Shown piece by piece: positions 50,750 to 64,000 of a DNA stretch of 64,000 nt. Source of the DNA: Eledone cirrhosa (taxonomy: Eukaryota); contig OZ024741.1 of assembly GCA_964016885.1 (NCBI GenBank), positions 350,672,001-350,736,000 on the forward strand. Direction: 5' to 3'. The notes beneath the pieces were generated by a model, which saw only the letters and a list, made by a program, of their open reading frames with translations, did no database searches and had not been told where the DNA came from. Position numbers and translations under genes: made by a program. Position 1 is the first letter of the stretch, and every line of letters begins with the position of its first letter.

Positions 50750-53700
50750 TGTAGCGCTCTCTAGATAAGGGAAGTAGCTAGTGTTACTTCCCGTTGAAAT
50801 TATAGAACCTTCCTTGTAACTTCCGGTCAAGGGATTATAAAAGAGGGAACTCAAATCTATCTTCCTCTTTCTGGCGGTTTTTTCTCAAACTGATCACATC
50901 GAGCGCAAGCATGCTAACCTTTCTCTAACCACATCTCATGGTTCAGGATTGTACCTCGTTATGACACGAGGATATTTATTTACCACATTTGTAACATGGA
51001 CTACATTAAATGCAAGTTAATTTTGATATTCATTTGAGAAACTTGTCACGTTTTCAGTCATTACTTTTTGTAGTGAGAGATAATTCTCACACGGCATGAT
51101 ATTGTATGAAAATTCTCCTATCTCATATTTCTATTAAATTTAGTAGTTGGGATCCGGTGGTACCCTGGGACTAGCTCACTAAAAATGGTGACCTCCGAAT
51201 ACGCAGCAAAACAAATTCATTCATTCAACAGCGTATAAAAAAGTAGTGACAAATATTTTCATACACTATTACAACTTATTGCTACACAAATATTGCTAAA
51301 CAACTCCACTAAAATGATAAACCCAACAGCCACACAGAGAAAAAAAATGATTCACGACTCCAGGAAATTCGCATTATTTCAGTCGGTTCGTGTGGGGCGA
51401 ACAGAAGAATAGAAAACAAAATGTTTGTCCCTCGTGCCGTCGATTCAACCAAGCTTTCGTTTTGAAGTCGCCATCTTACTTGCTCGGTGCTATATCTTAC
51501 TTCAGCTATTCATGGTACCACCACGTGTGCATATAATTTTGAAAATACAGCTAAGTTTTTCATTTCAAATATGTTGTCGTTGGCTGGTTCATGAAAGTTA
51601 AACCACGTGTGCGGCAATTGAAAAAAAATTTCGCTCAGCGTGTTCATCATGAGCAATTCTTCGTTACCGACATATTCTGGTGATGCAAAGTTGTAGTTTG
51701 CACAACTGGACTCGTATTTTGCTGCCCACGGCGTTCAAGCGGCACAACAAAGATTACACGTGCTCATAAGTGGAATTCCTGCATCGCTCGCAACATCAGT
51801 GAAAGACATAATCACAGATCCACCATAAGGCACATCTTACGAAACCCTAAAGGCAGAAGCGCTCAGACGGAACAGCCGTTCGTCTGAGAGCAAATTTCGT
51901 TCCTTGTTGGAGGAGGAAAACGTGGGAGATAGAACCCCGTCTCAGTTTTTACGGCGTATCCGGGAACTGAGCGACTCAACAGCAGAGGACAACTCTTTTG
52001 TGAAACAATTCTTCTTCTCCCGTTTGCCAACAAATGTGCAGACCATATTGGCAAATATGGCCGACACCAGTTCTCTGGACCAAATTGCAGCCTCGGCGGA
52101 TCGCATAATGGAATTTTCTCGTGTGCCTACTTCGGCAGATTCACTCATCGCTTCTTCTACCTTTAAAACACAGCCTGCTTCACCTCGTGAGGATTCTATG
52201 CTGAGGGCCATTGACGCGTTAACTCGTCAAGTGGCTAAACTGTGTCGGGAGCGAGCACCATCCAGATGGTGTCCACGGAATCGGTCTCCTTCTCTTCATC
52301 GTCGCGCCAACCTCCCCGCCAACAACTCGTCTTTGTGTTGGTATAACGTGCGTTTTCGTGAAAAGGCGAAATACTGTATTCAGCCCTGCTCTTTCGAGAC
52401 CTCGGAAAACTAAAATTGGATAGTCTGGGCACGGCAGACCTCGCCCCCATTAATTCTCCTTATCGTGCTTTCTTTATCAGAGATCGAGTTTCAAACAAAT
52501 CATTTATAGTCGACACAGGATCTAGTTGCAGTATTTGGCCTCTGTCTACCAAGCCAAATTTTTCCGGCATTTCTTTGTATGCAGTAAACCAGTCTCCTAT
52601 AAAAACTTATGGACAAATATCTTTATCATTGGACCTAGCTTTGCGTCGAGATTTCAAATGGATTTTCGTCGTTGCGGACCTACCTCATCCTATTCTCGGT
52701 GCTGATTTTTTACACCTCTATTCACTGTTGGTAGATGTCAGGAGACATAAACTTGTGGATAGTACCACATCCTTATCTACGCCTGCTCGTGGGTCTACTG
52801 CTACTGTCATAGGTCCTGCGTGTTTCATAGCTGCCTCTGGAAACCAGTATCATTCACTTCTTGCTTCGTTTCCCGAGTTAACTGACATTTCATTTAAACC
52901 GCACCAAGTAGTCCACTCGACTCGACATTTTATTACAACAACTGCTCCGCCTGTTTTCTCTCGTCCACGTAGGTTGGCTCCGGACAGGCTAAAGAAAGCC
53001 AGGGATGAGTTCGAACACATGCTTCAGCTTCGTCTTATACGACCGTCAATCAGCCCATGGGCATCTCCGCTTCATTTGGCTCGTAAGGGTGAGGCGGATT
53101 TTAGACCTGTGGGAGATTATAGATGACTTAATGCTATCACTACACCTGATCGTTATCCTTTACCAAATTTACAGGATTTTTCATCCGTTCTGCATGGATG
53201 CAAGATATTTTCTAAAATAGATCTGGTACGCTCTTACCATCAAATACCCATGCATCCAGAAGACATACCAAAAACAGCTGTGACCACCCCTTTTGGTTCG
53301 TTTGAATTTCTGTCCATGCCTTTTGGTTTGCGGAATGCCTCTAGTACGTTCCAACGTTTTATCGATGAAGTCACGCAGGGATTGGATTTCGTGTTTGATT
53401 ACGTAGATGATCTCCTGATAGCCAGTGATTCAGCTGAGCATCATCATAAACATCTATCTCAGTTATTTCAACGTCTTCAATTGTACCAAGTCAGAATCAA
53501 CCCAGCTAAATGTGTGTTTGGTACAGATTCACTGGAATTACTTGGACACCTTATAGATTCAGAAGGCATTCGACCTTTGCCATCTAAGGTAGAAGCGATT
53601 CAGCATATCGCACCACCAACATCCTTGAAACAATTACGTCATTTCTTGGGATTAATTAACTTTTATCGTCGTTTCATTCCTAACTGTGCGGACAAGTTAT

Positions 53701-54300
53701 TCCCCTTGACACAGTTTTTAAAGGCTGCAAAAAAGAAAGATGCCCCTATTTCACTTTCTGCCGATGCCTTGCAGTCTTTTGAATCCGTCAAGTCTGAGCT
53801 AGTTGAAGTTTCCTTCCTTGCCCATCCTGTTGCAAACGCGAGACTTTCCTTATCTGTTGATGCATCCGATCATGCTGTTGGTGCAGTTTTGCAACATGCG
53901 ATCGATCACCAGGTTCAACCACTGGCGTTTTTCTCACGCCAACTAAAACCAACAGAGCAACGATACAGTACTTTTGACAGAGAGCTTCTAGCGATTTATC
54001 TTGCTGTGAGACATTTCCACCATCTTCTTGAAGGTCGGGAATTCACGGTATTCACAGGCCACTCACATTCGCTCTTCAAACCAAATCCGACAGGTACTCT
54101 CCGAGAGCGCATAGGCATCTGGATCTCATCTCCCAGTATACCAGTGACATTCGTCATGTAGCTGGAACTGCCAACATACCTGCGGACGCACTATCTCGAC
54201 TTTCTGTGTCTTCTCTTGCGTCTCCTGCACATATCGATTTAGTTGCCATAGCAACTGACCAACCTATTTTGGATTCGTTGGAGATTTCTTCTACCCAACG
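50750..54300 (+). mobile_element. Ty3/Gypsy LTR retrotransposon (CsRn1-like), 3'-truncated
   Basis: LTR from TGTAGCG (50750 to ~51183), PBS-like tggtgacc at 51186, gag 51649-52413 with stops, PR IVDTGS, RT YVDD, RH VDASD. No integrase. Confidence 0.92.
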
Positions 54301-54704
54301 TTTAAAGGAGGTGGAAGTGGAGCCAAAATAGGTGAAGGAATTGGTGTCAGTTATAACTTTACATTCGTAAATTAAGTTTTTATCAAGACAATGGTTGTTG
54401 AGAGGACATTTATTTTTAACAGGGCAATTGCACCTCCTTTAAAGCTCGTCTTTATAACCATCATTCGTCTTTTAAATACAAACTTAAAAGAACCAACACG
54501 GCTCTCTCAGAACTCATATGGTCCTTGAAAGACAAAAATATTAAATATAGCATCTTTTGGAAAAAGGTTTCTCTATTCAAGATTTGCAATCTCTGTCTAA
54601 ATGAAAAATTTACCATTATATCTAATTTAGATTCTATAATAAATAGACGCACTGACTTGTTTTCTCTCTGCTTGCATAAATTCCACAAAACATTCCACAT
54701 ATAA
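54301..54704. pseudogene. Penelope-like GIY-YIG C-terminus with 5' inversion
   Basis: Minus 54301-54435 reads CNCPVKNKCPLNNHC..IY..YFGSTSTSFK. Plus 54438-54704 continues FKARLYNH...CNLCLNEK...CLH. Confidence 0.85.
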
Positions 54705-55302
54705 AGTAAGAATGTATTGTATCGTGTAATAATTGTTTCTATGTTAGGCAACAGTGAGAAAAGGTACAGATTAGGGGTTAGACATTAAAAGACAAAGAGA
54801 AGAAAGGGAAAATGAAGAAAGGGAAGTGATAAATAGGAGTGATATAGAATGAGTAACAAGTATTATATAATGTATAATAAATAACTTTGAAATAAGGTAG
54901 AAAGATGGGTATATTTTTAAAGAAGTATATATATATATGTGTGCCTTTGAGAAAAAGATTCTAAATTGATAAAGTTTTGGATATTAGCTGTATACTTATA
55001 CAGCTAATATCCAAAACTTTATCAATTTAGAATCTTTTTCTCAAAGGCACATATATATATATATATATATATATACTTCTTTAAAAATATACCCATCTTT
55101 CTACCTTATTTCAAAGTTATTTATTATACATTATATAATACTTGTTACTCATTCTATATCACTCCTATTTATCACTTCCCTTTCTTCATTTTCCCTTTCT
55201 TCTCTTTGTCTTTTAATGTCTAACCCCTAATCTGTACCTTTTCTCACTGTTGTCTAACATAGAAACAATTATTACACAATACAATACATTCTTACTTTAT
55301 AT
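54698..55302. repeat. ~600-bp fold-back palindrome in a Penelope 3'UTR
   Basis: Centre gctgtata-ct-tatacagc at ~54995. Confidence 0.93.
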
Positions 55303-55450
55303 TACCTTGCAAAAATCCTTCGTAAACATAAACATTTTTTGACGTTAGATTATTCATCCTCAATTCATTATTTTTTCTCCCTTTCATCTAACTTACTCAT
55401 GCTCATCTCACAATATATCCTTACTTACATTACTTGTTGTTCTTTTTAAT

Positions 55451-55622
55451 AATACATATCAACATCTTCTTTCCAACGCACATATTATTAAACCCTTAAA
55501 TATTATTCTTAATACATATTAACATTTTCTTTCTATCGCACATATTATTAAACCCTTAAATATTATTCTTAATACATATTAACATTTTCTTTTCATCGCA
55601 CATATTATTAAACCCTTCAATA
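55451..55622. repeat. Three ~60-bp tandem repeats
   Basis: aatacatat.aacat.ttcttt...cgcacatattattaaaccctt occurs three times. Confidence 0.9.
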
Positions 55623-55971
55623 TACAAACCTTAACTTTACATTATTTTTCTCTTCGTTAATTTTCAAATTCTTTTAATTTATACATTATCTTCCAACGGT
55701 TTTCAACCTCTCTATGTAAAACAATATATTTCTCTCAGTTATAAAAGCTATATATCTCTCTCTCTATCACCCATCTCTCCTCCTATCTCATCCTTCCTGA
55801 TTATACTCCTCCCTCTCCACTTTTTACTCTCATCTCCTCCTCTTTTTCACCCCCCCCCCCTCAAAAAAATATTTTTCTCAATATCACACATCAATCTAAA
55901 ACTACTTTTCATATGTTGATTTAAAACTGCATTATCCACAAGTGTTTTTTAACCTTCGTATCATGTCTTCC

Positions 55972-56042
55972 TATTTTAGCTGATGAAAACACAAATATTA
56001 TTGCATGATGATATTTGTTTTTGAAATGCGCATAATAAAATA
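55972..56042 (+). ncRNA. Type I hammerhead ribozyme, 3' pLTR
   Basis: tatttta-g-CTGATGA-aaacacaaatattat...atgatatttgttttt-GAAA tgcgca TA-ataaaata, with a palindromic stem III and overlapping AATAAA. Confidence 0.8.
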
Positions 56043-56168
56043 CATGGAACTCTTTTAACCATCTTTTGTTCTTATAAATTATGTATACTCCAGTCCTTCA
56101 AACTGTAGAGTGCTTCTTATCCGATATCTGCATTGCTTTATTGTACTACAATAAAACTCACCTCCTAC

Positions 56169-56274
<106 letters not shown>

Positions 56275-56279
56275 CAATT

Positions 56280-57387
56280 ATATTAAGATACAAGTAGGAG
56301 TACATCAGGGTTCGGTCCTCAGCCCGCTCTTGTTCATTATAGTCCTCCAAGCCATAACAGAGGAGTTTAAGACTGGCTGTCCATGGGAACTTCTCTATGC
56401 TGACGATCTGGTTCTTATAGCAGAGTCAGTAGAGGAGCTAGAGAATAAATTCTGGCTATGGAAACAGCAGTTGGAAGCAAGAGGACTGAGAGTGAACCTA
56501 GCTAAAACAAAAGTGTTGATGAGTAGAAAAGAGGACAAAACCCTGATTCCATCAGGGAAATGGCCATGTTCGATATGCAGAAAAGGAACTGGCATAAATT
56601 CTATAAAATGCACACAATGCAGATCCTGGGTACACAAGAGATGTAGCGGGATAGCAGGCAAACTAACAGGTAGGGAGAAATATGTATGCAGTAGATGTAC
56701 AGGGAAATTAGACAGTAGAAGTCGCATTGATAGACATATTTTTCAAATGCAGGAGGGCGCTATAGAAGTGGTGGATAGCTTCCGGTACCTAGGAGATCAG
56801 ATTAGCATGGGAGGAGGGTGTTCCGAGGCCATAGTATCTAGAATAAGGACGGGTTGGAAGAAGTTTAGGGAGCTGCTTCCTCTGTTGACGAAGAAGGGTT
56901 TCTCCCTGCATACGAAAGGCCGGTTGTATGATGCCTGTGTGAGGAGCGCGATGCTGCATGGTAGTGAGACATGGGCAGCAACTGCAGAAGATATGCGACG
57001 GCTGGAGAGAAATGAGGCAAGCATGCTCCGTTGGATGTGCAGTGTAAATGTGCGTGAACGACCCAGCATAAATGTGTTGAGAGAGAAACTGTGTCTGAGA
57101 GGGATAGAATGTAGTGTACTGGAGAGGAGACTGGGGTGGTATGGACATGTGATGCGCATGGAGGATGACCGATGGGTGAAGAAGTGCCAGGAAATGCCTG
57201 TTTAAGGAAGACGTGGTAGAGGTAGACCACGAAAAACATGGGCGGAGGTGGTGAGAACAGACCTCAGATCATTGAAGCTCACGGTGGAGATGACGAAGGA
57301 CCGTGACGAGTGGAGAGATGCTGTGCTGAATAAGACCCGTCCCACCCTTGCAAGCAGGGAAAAGCGGACGTAAAATGATGATGATGA
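56280..57387 (+). mobile_element. 5'-truncated RTE-type LINE with a PHD-like finger inside the RT region and an (ATG)n tail
   Basis: GVHQGSVLSPLLF, LLYADDL, CSIC..CTQC..WVHKRC..CSRC, FRYLG, WYGHVMRM. Confidence 0.9.
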
Positions 57388-57732
57388 TATATATATATTT
57401 GTATCTTTTGTTCTTATTTATTTATTTAGTTATTCCTGCTTCCTAACTACTGTCCGTATTCGTGTGTACATTTTTGAGTGCATATATACCTGTGTTCCTG
57501 TCCGTATTTCTATATAGACGCAAATACGTTTATGTGAGAAAGTATACGTCTACGTACTTTTTAGTATATGCGCATAGTTGAGTGTGTGTATGTTTACGTT
57601 CTGGATATTTATATTTTTATATATACATTTTTTTCCCCTATTTCCTTTTCGCCCATTTTTTTCAGCCTCACTTTCATATTTCCTAAATTTTGTTTTCAAA
57701 TCCATATTTAATAAATACACCATGTTTTTTTA

Positions 57733-57793
57733 TTCATTCTGACGACTGAAGACAGACAGAACATCTGTCTTCAAGAAACCACTAGTAAATGAA
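57733..57793 (+). ncRNA. Type I hammerhead ribozyme (CUGACGA core)
   Basis: ttcatt-CTGACGA-ctgaagacaga...tctgtcttcaa-GAAAc cacta GTA-aatgaa. Confidence 0.8.
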
Positions 57794-57856
57794 ATAATTA
57801 TCTTATGTTGTTTATTACATAACTAAATATATATATATATATATATATATATACAG

Positions 57857-57951
57857 TGATATTAAATAAATGGAAACTATATTTATAAAACCATATTTAT
57901 AGATAGAATAAATATGGTTTTATAAATATAGTTTCCATTTATTTAATATCA
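57857..57951. repeat. Fold-back palindrome next to (TA)n
   Basis: 44-bp arms with a 7-nt loop. Confidence 0.9.
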
Positions 57952-58074
57952 TTGAATATTATACTACAGAAATCCTGTCGAGTGCTTTGAATCAGTTATA
58001 AACATTTCTATTTGTTGAATTATCAACAAATTGAATATCCCTTTTGCTCATATATATAAATAACCACATATAAC

Positions 58075-60450
58075 AAGAAATAGTTATTGTTATATGTGGT
58101 TATTTAATAACATGAATAATAAGAATAAAGATTTAGTTTATATATAAAGGTTTACTTCACTTCAATCAAAAAATACAATAAAACAAGTTACCAAGAGTTG
58201 CGAAGGTTGACGATGTTATTTTGTTGTTGATATGAAAACAGCGAGCGACGAGATAAAGTTTGTTGCAGTCGTCATAGTAGTTTTCGTCGTCAGTCTGAAA
58301 CCATAGTGAGTGAGAGATAGTAATGGTCTGTAATTGATTGTAGACCCCTGTGGCTTGTAGATAGCGGAATATCTTTCACTCTGTAGTAGTAGGGCTCTGA
58401 TCTCTCTGTATCTCTGAAGACCTCTAGGGTCTGTTGTTAGCGGTGAATCTTTACATAGTTGGTTGTGTATCGTAGAGCTCCAATCTATCTGTCTTTCTGT
58501 AGACCACTGGGGTCTGTTGATAGTGGTGAATCTTTCACATAGCTTGTTCTGTAGTGGGGTGCTCCGATGTCTCTGACTAAAGTAGGATGATACAGGCCTT
58601 ATATACCTGTCGCTTCCTATCTCTCACCCTGAACTTGTTCACACCAAAAGGGTGGTGACTTAGAATTTGACCTCTAGGTGTCACCCAAGGTTCAAGGCGA
58701 GGGCAGATTTCGCTACATTAGTTCCCTACCCATATCGATGCAGGAGCAGCGATCGATTATAAAAGGGGTAGCGAAATCTGATTCTTAGAAGCCTGTCCCA
58801 AAACACAGAAAATCTGGGTACTGCGCCCGCACTTCGAGTGTAGAGAAATTTGGAGAAAGAAAATATATATATATATCGTATAACTGTGTATGCATGTGTG
58901 TGTGTAACATTTAGAAGGAACTGTAAAAATACAAAGTTATGATCATGTATTTCGAACTGTTGTGTATGGATGGCTGAACGTTGGGGTTACGGTATCGGAT
59001 TACGATATGACAACACAGAGGACTATTTCTCTCGATGTATCATCATACGTAAGATTCTCTTCCAGTGAGTCGAGATTTATGCTATGACATGAATGTGTGA
59101 AAATTTGAGTTGCGTGCCTGAGTGAGTCGAGTAAGAAGTAACCGTGCGTTGATTATCATGTGTTTAATAGCTTTTGCCGTACCTTGACCAGTTGAAAAGT
59201 GATCCCGCAGAGAACCAACTGAATCCAGAATATACCATAGACAAAAACATGTTGGTGTGTGACAAAGAAAATGATGTGTGTTTGATGCAAAACGTGTTAT
59301 TCATACAGGCATATAATACAGTAAAACGAATAAAAAATTAAAAAAATGACATTCATATACAACCTGTAAAAAAAATAAAAAAATATTTATATAATTGTTC
59401 TTTACAAAAAGTTCAGTTCTCTCTTCTTTATGTGAATGTTTTCTTGCTAGGAAGCTAGTAGTATTGTTTGTTGTTGTTGTTGTTGGAGATTACGAAGCAA
59501 GTGGTGAAGTGTTTGGTAATTAATCGGAACATAAAAGCGAAGTCACTGTAAATATTCCGTAGAATGGAAGTTTGGTGAATAATTTGAAAAAGTGAAGATT
59601 TATCATATCGTAGAATATAGGTGAGAAGCTTGGTAAGAGAAAGTTGTTGATATTGGCAATAGAAGCCATGATCAGATCAAAAGGCTGCGTGGTTTTCTTT
59701 TTTTTTTTTTAAATACCACTTCGTATTATTTTAAATTTTTTTTAACGTCAAGTCACCAATTTAACGAAGGGTATAATTAAGAAATAGTCATTGTTATATG
59801 TGGTTATTAGAAATGATCATAACAAAGTTGTTAGATTTAATAACATGAATAATAAGAATAAAGATTTAGTTTATATATAAAGGTTTACTTCACTTCAATC
59901 AAAAAATACAATAAAACAAGTTACCAAGAGTTGCGAAGGTTGACGATGTTATTTTGTTGTTGATATGAAAACAGCGAGCGACGAGATAAAGTTTGTTGCA
60001 GACGTCATAGTAGTTTTCGTCGTCAGTCTGAAACCATAGTGAGTGAGAGATAGTAATGGTCTGTAATTGATTGTAGACCACTGTGGCTTGTAGATAGCGG
60101 AATATCTTTCACTCTGTAGTAGTAGGGCTCTGATCTCTCTGTATCTCTGAAGACCTCTAGGGTCTGTTGTTAGCGGTGAATCTTTACATAGTTGGTTGTG
60201 TATCGTAGAGCTCCAATCTATCTGTCTTTCTGTAGACCACTGGGGTCTGTTGATAGTGGTGAATCTTTCACATAGCTTGTTCTGTAGTGGGGTGCTCCGA
60301 TGTCTCTGACTAAAGTAGGATGATACAGGCCTTATATACCTGTCGCTTCCTATCTCTCACCCTGAACCTGTTCACACCAAAAGGGTGGTGACTTAGAATT
60401 TGACCTCTAGGTGTCACCCAAGGTTCAAGGCGCGGACAGATTTCACTACA
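58075..60450 (-). mobile_element. Non-autonomous LTR retroelement (two ~650-bp LTRs, ~1-kb non-coding interior)
   Basis: Direct repeats 58075-58717 and 59779-60450 start TGTAG on the minus strand. PBS-like tggtgac at ~59758 and PPT-like gggtagggaa before the 3' LTR. Confidence 0.85.
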
Positions 60451-60494
60451 TATATATATACACACACACACGCACATTGACATAGACACACATG

Positions 60495-60571
<77 letters not shown>

Positions 60572-60734
60572 CGAAGGAAATGTGGTAAGGAACCAGGTGG
60601 ACCATAACGCACCAAAGTACTCAATACTTAGGGTAGTAGAGTGGGTAATAGGAACGAGTAGGACCCCGACGGCTGAGCTCAAGCCGTTTCGACGGGGTCC
60701 TACTCGTTCCTATATATATATATATATATATATA

Positions 60735-63129
60735 CATGTGTCACCTCCGACAAAACCAAAAAGCTGTACAAGATGGACGCGAGTGAGTATAAAAAATTCA
60801 TCTATAAGGAACTACACAAAGACTACAAAAAGACACCCTCTAGTACCCTAAATGACATAAATAGAGTAGGGAGGGATATAGTCACCAGCTTAGAAATAGA
60901 AAAGTACACTAACCCGTACGTCCCTCTGACGCCTAAATTCTCTCTTAAGGATCACAAATATGACTTTAATGAAAGCCCCTCTATTAGACTAATATGCCCC
61001 TCTACATCAGATATAGGTAAGATTAGTAAAGTGATCCTCGACAGAGTACTACTCGAGCTTAATAGAAAGGCTAAGGTCTGCCTCTGGGGCAACACCGACC
61101 AGGTCATAAATTGGTTCACCGAGTTGCCGGATAAAGCCACCCTGAAATTCATCCAGTTTGATATAGATAGCTACTACGCCTCTATCTCCCCCATACTCTT
61201 AAATAAGGCACTTATCTTAGCTAGATCTAACACTAGCCTCACCAAAAAAGAAATAGACATAATTCTAGCGGCACGTAGAACCATTATCCAGTTCGAAGGC
61301 TCCCACTGGACCAGAACCAACCGTCCTGATAACTTCGATGTCACGATGGGGTCCAGCGACTCAGCGCAAGCAACTGACCTGGTTGGGATATACCTCCTAC
61401 ATAAGCTTAGGGAAGAAATACCGGCCCTACAAGGAGGTGTATATAGGGACGACGCCCTGTTTACCGTTAGGAACCATAGCCCCCGTAGGATAGAGAACCT
61501 TAACAAACATATACACAGGTTCTTTAAGTCATACGGCCTATCCGTAACTATGGACCTCAACCACAGGGTTGTCAACTTCTTGGACGTGACCCTGGAGTTG
61601 AGTACGTGCTTATACAAGCCATACCATAAGCCTGGAGAGTGCCTCTCTTATATTAATTATGCCTCCAACCACCCTAAGCAGACTCTCAACTCCATAGTCT
61701 ATAGTATCTCACATAGAATCTCGAGGCTATCCGCCAATGAGGATATCTTCAACCAAGCGGCTGATTACTACAATAGGGCCCTGATAAGCGCCGGCTTTAA
61801 CCGAGGAATTTCCTACATCCCTAACGCTAGCTCTAGAAACCACCCCCCTCATAAAACTAACGTTATAGTAAGCCATACCTATAACCGATCACGCGGCGAC
61901 CTCGTTAAAGTCGGATATAATAGAATAGATAACCGCACCAAAGATCACGTCCCCGGCGACGGTGAATACTGTAGATTACTCAAACTATTCCCCTATTACA
62001 AAACCAACAAAGGCGACGGCCTACTACCAACGCCTTCCAACCAACATCTTCGTGTACATAAACATGGAAGAGGTAGAAGGAGTGCACCCGAGCATAAAGT
62101 GAAAGGGGCACCGAACGGGCGACAGCGCATTAACACACATAAGAGCGATCACTTAGATGGAAACACCCGTAGCAAAAGTACAAGGACACGTAATCGCCAC
62201 CGTAACGTCCTATGGTTCAACCCCCCCCCCCCTACTCTCGAAGTGTAGCCTCCAACATACCCCGGATATTCTTCGAAGCCTTAGAGAAGAACTTCCCACC
62301 CAACCATAGGTATAGAAAAATTCTTAATAGGAACAATATAAAAATATCCTTCTCTACTACTCCTAACCTAGCAGACATCATAGGAACAACGAACCACAGT
62401 AAGATCACCAAGACACAGCACCTCGACACAGACGCACCTACACCTGACAATAACTATATCGGCCTTAACAACTCCCTGACAGCATCCAATAGTGTTGGCA
62501 GCGGCATCCGCAGACGCAACCAGAATGACCGCGAAGTGACTGGGGAACATGCAGAACATGACGTGCGGAATAACAATCGCACCATCCCGCGTGCTGTGGG
62601 TTGTAATTGTGCTAACGACAGCTGCGGTAGCGTAGGTAACAACGTAGGCAGCAATAATGATAGCCTTACCGTGGGAAATAGACGGAACCGCGACAGAAAT
62701 TGCAACTGCCGCGACAGAGGACGCTGCCCCCTTAGAGGATACTGCTTGACTGATAGGGTTATATATAGATGCACTATTACTAGCCACAATAGCGTTAAAC
62801 ATTATATAGGGGCCACCTCCGGCCCGTTCAAAATTAGGTTTCGAACACATCTCCACTCTTTCACAAATAGAAAACTAAGGCACTCCACTACGCTCGCGGA
62901 CTACATCACATCACTAAAGGACTTAAACATCAGCTTCTCCACGCACTGGGAGATTGTCGGCAGGGCTGCACCGTACAACTTCAAGAGGAAATGCGATCTT
63001 TGCCTCATGGAGCTCTACCACATCATAACTGCACCCCACGAGCTCATCAACAGCAGAGCTGAAACAGCGATAAGTTGTACACATCGCTTAAAAATATCCT
63101 TCTTTAGATGGGTTAAGAATGAAGAGTGA
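60735..63129 (+). CDS. Penelope-like (Naiad-type) RT + GIY-YIG ORF, 5'-truncated, with one frameshift in a poly-C run
   Basis: FIQFDIDSYYASI, FDVTMGSSDSAQATDLVG, GVYRDD, NFLDVT, WFNPP, CNCRDRGRCPLRGYC, IY..YIG, CDLC..E, CTH. Confidence 0.92.
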
Positions 63130-63246
63130 AATAGTACACTGGATCTCCCTGCAACAAGTCTTAACACCCCGGCGGGCAGGCGCAGCAAAATAACACCCAG
63201 AAAACAATCCTTGCATACCAGACCCAGCCTCAGACAAACGGATGCG

Positions 63247-63279
<33 letters not shown>

Positions 63280-63430
63280 ATCCAGGAAAGACTGCCCTAA
63301 CACCGGCCAGAGTTACCTCCCTTGATCTGCTGCAAAATCAAAACAAGATATTTTTGCGAGCAATGAATCTTGATGTAGATTTAACCCCAAAACTCTTTCC
63401 GAACTATATAAGGAACACTTGTGATTATTT

Positions 63431-63475
63431 ATGCCCTTGAGAAGCCCAACTGGGCGAAACGTACGTAGGTGATAT
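63431..63475 (+). ncRNA. Hammerhead ribozyme variant (U3-A8 core) in 3' pLTR
   Basis: cc-TTGAGAA-gccc aact gggc-GAAAc gtac GTA-gg followed by AATAAA. Stem I is weak. Confidence 0.6.
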
Positions 63476-63526
63476 TTTAAATAAACATGTTTTAACGGTC
63501 TATTCTCCGATTTTTTACTTTCCCAC

Positions 63527-63574
<48 letters not shown>

Positions 63575-63581
63575 ACACATA

Positions 63582-64000
<419 letters not shown>

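Overview
This is AT-rich eukaryotic DNA made almost entirely of transposable elements and microsatellites, with no recognisable host gene. The tRNA/Meta-type SINE and (CAA)n-tailed repeat resemble what I recall of octopod repeats, so an octopus-like cephalopod origin is inferred but not proven. The window holds six Penelope-like retroelement coding remnants (YRDD RT, CxC-x5-CP linker and C-terminal GIY-YIG, Naiad-like). It also holds two CsRn1-like and one Mag-like Ty3/Gypsy element, a non-autonomous two-LTR element, several RTE LINEs, two CRE-like elements, Helitrons, Tigger/mariner/Tc1/hAT pieces and many SINEs. The most striking layer is RNA structure. About 12 type-I hammerhead ribozyme motifs (~9 sequence families) and one half-motif lie in Penelope pseudo-LTRs or in short modules inserted in (TA)n tracts. 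They are accompanied by recurrent fold-back palindromes and 5' inversions. Other oddities are a 32-nt tRNA-Trp primer site, an LTR/PBS junction repeated in frame within gag, a Gypsy fragment inside a SINE, and an inversion flanked by duplicated ends. Everything was read by eye; no searches or folding programs were run, and boundaries of decayed elements are approximate.
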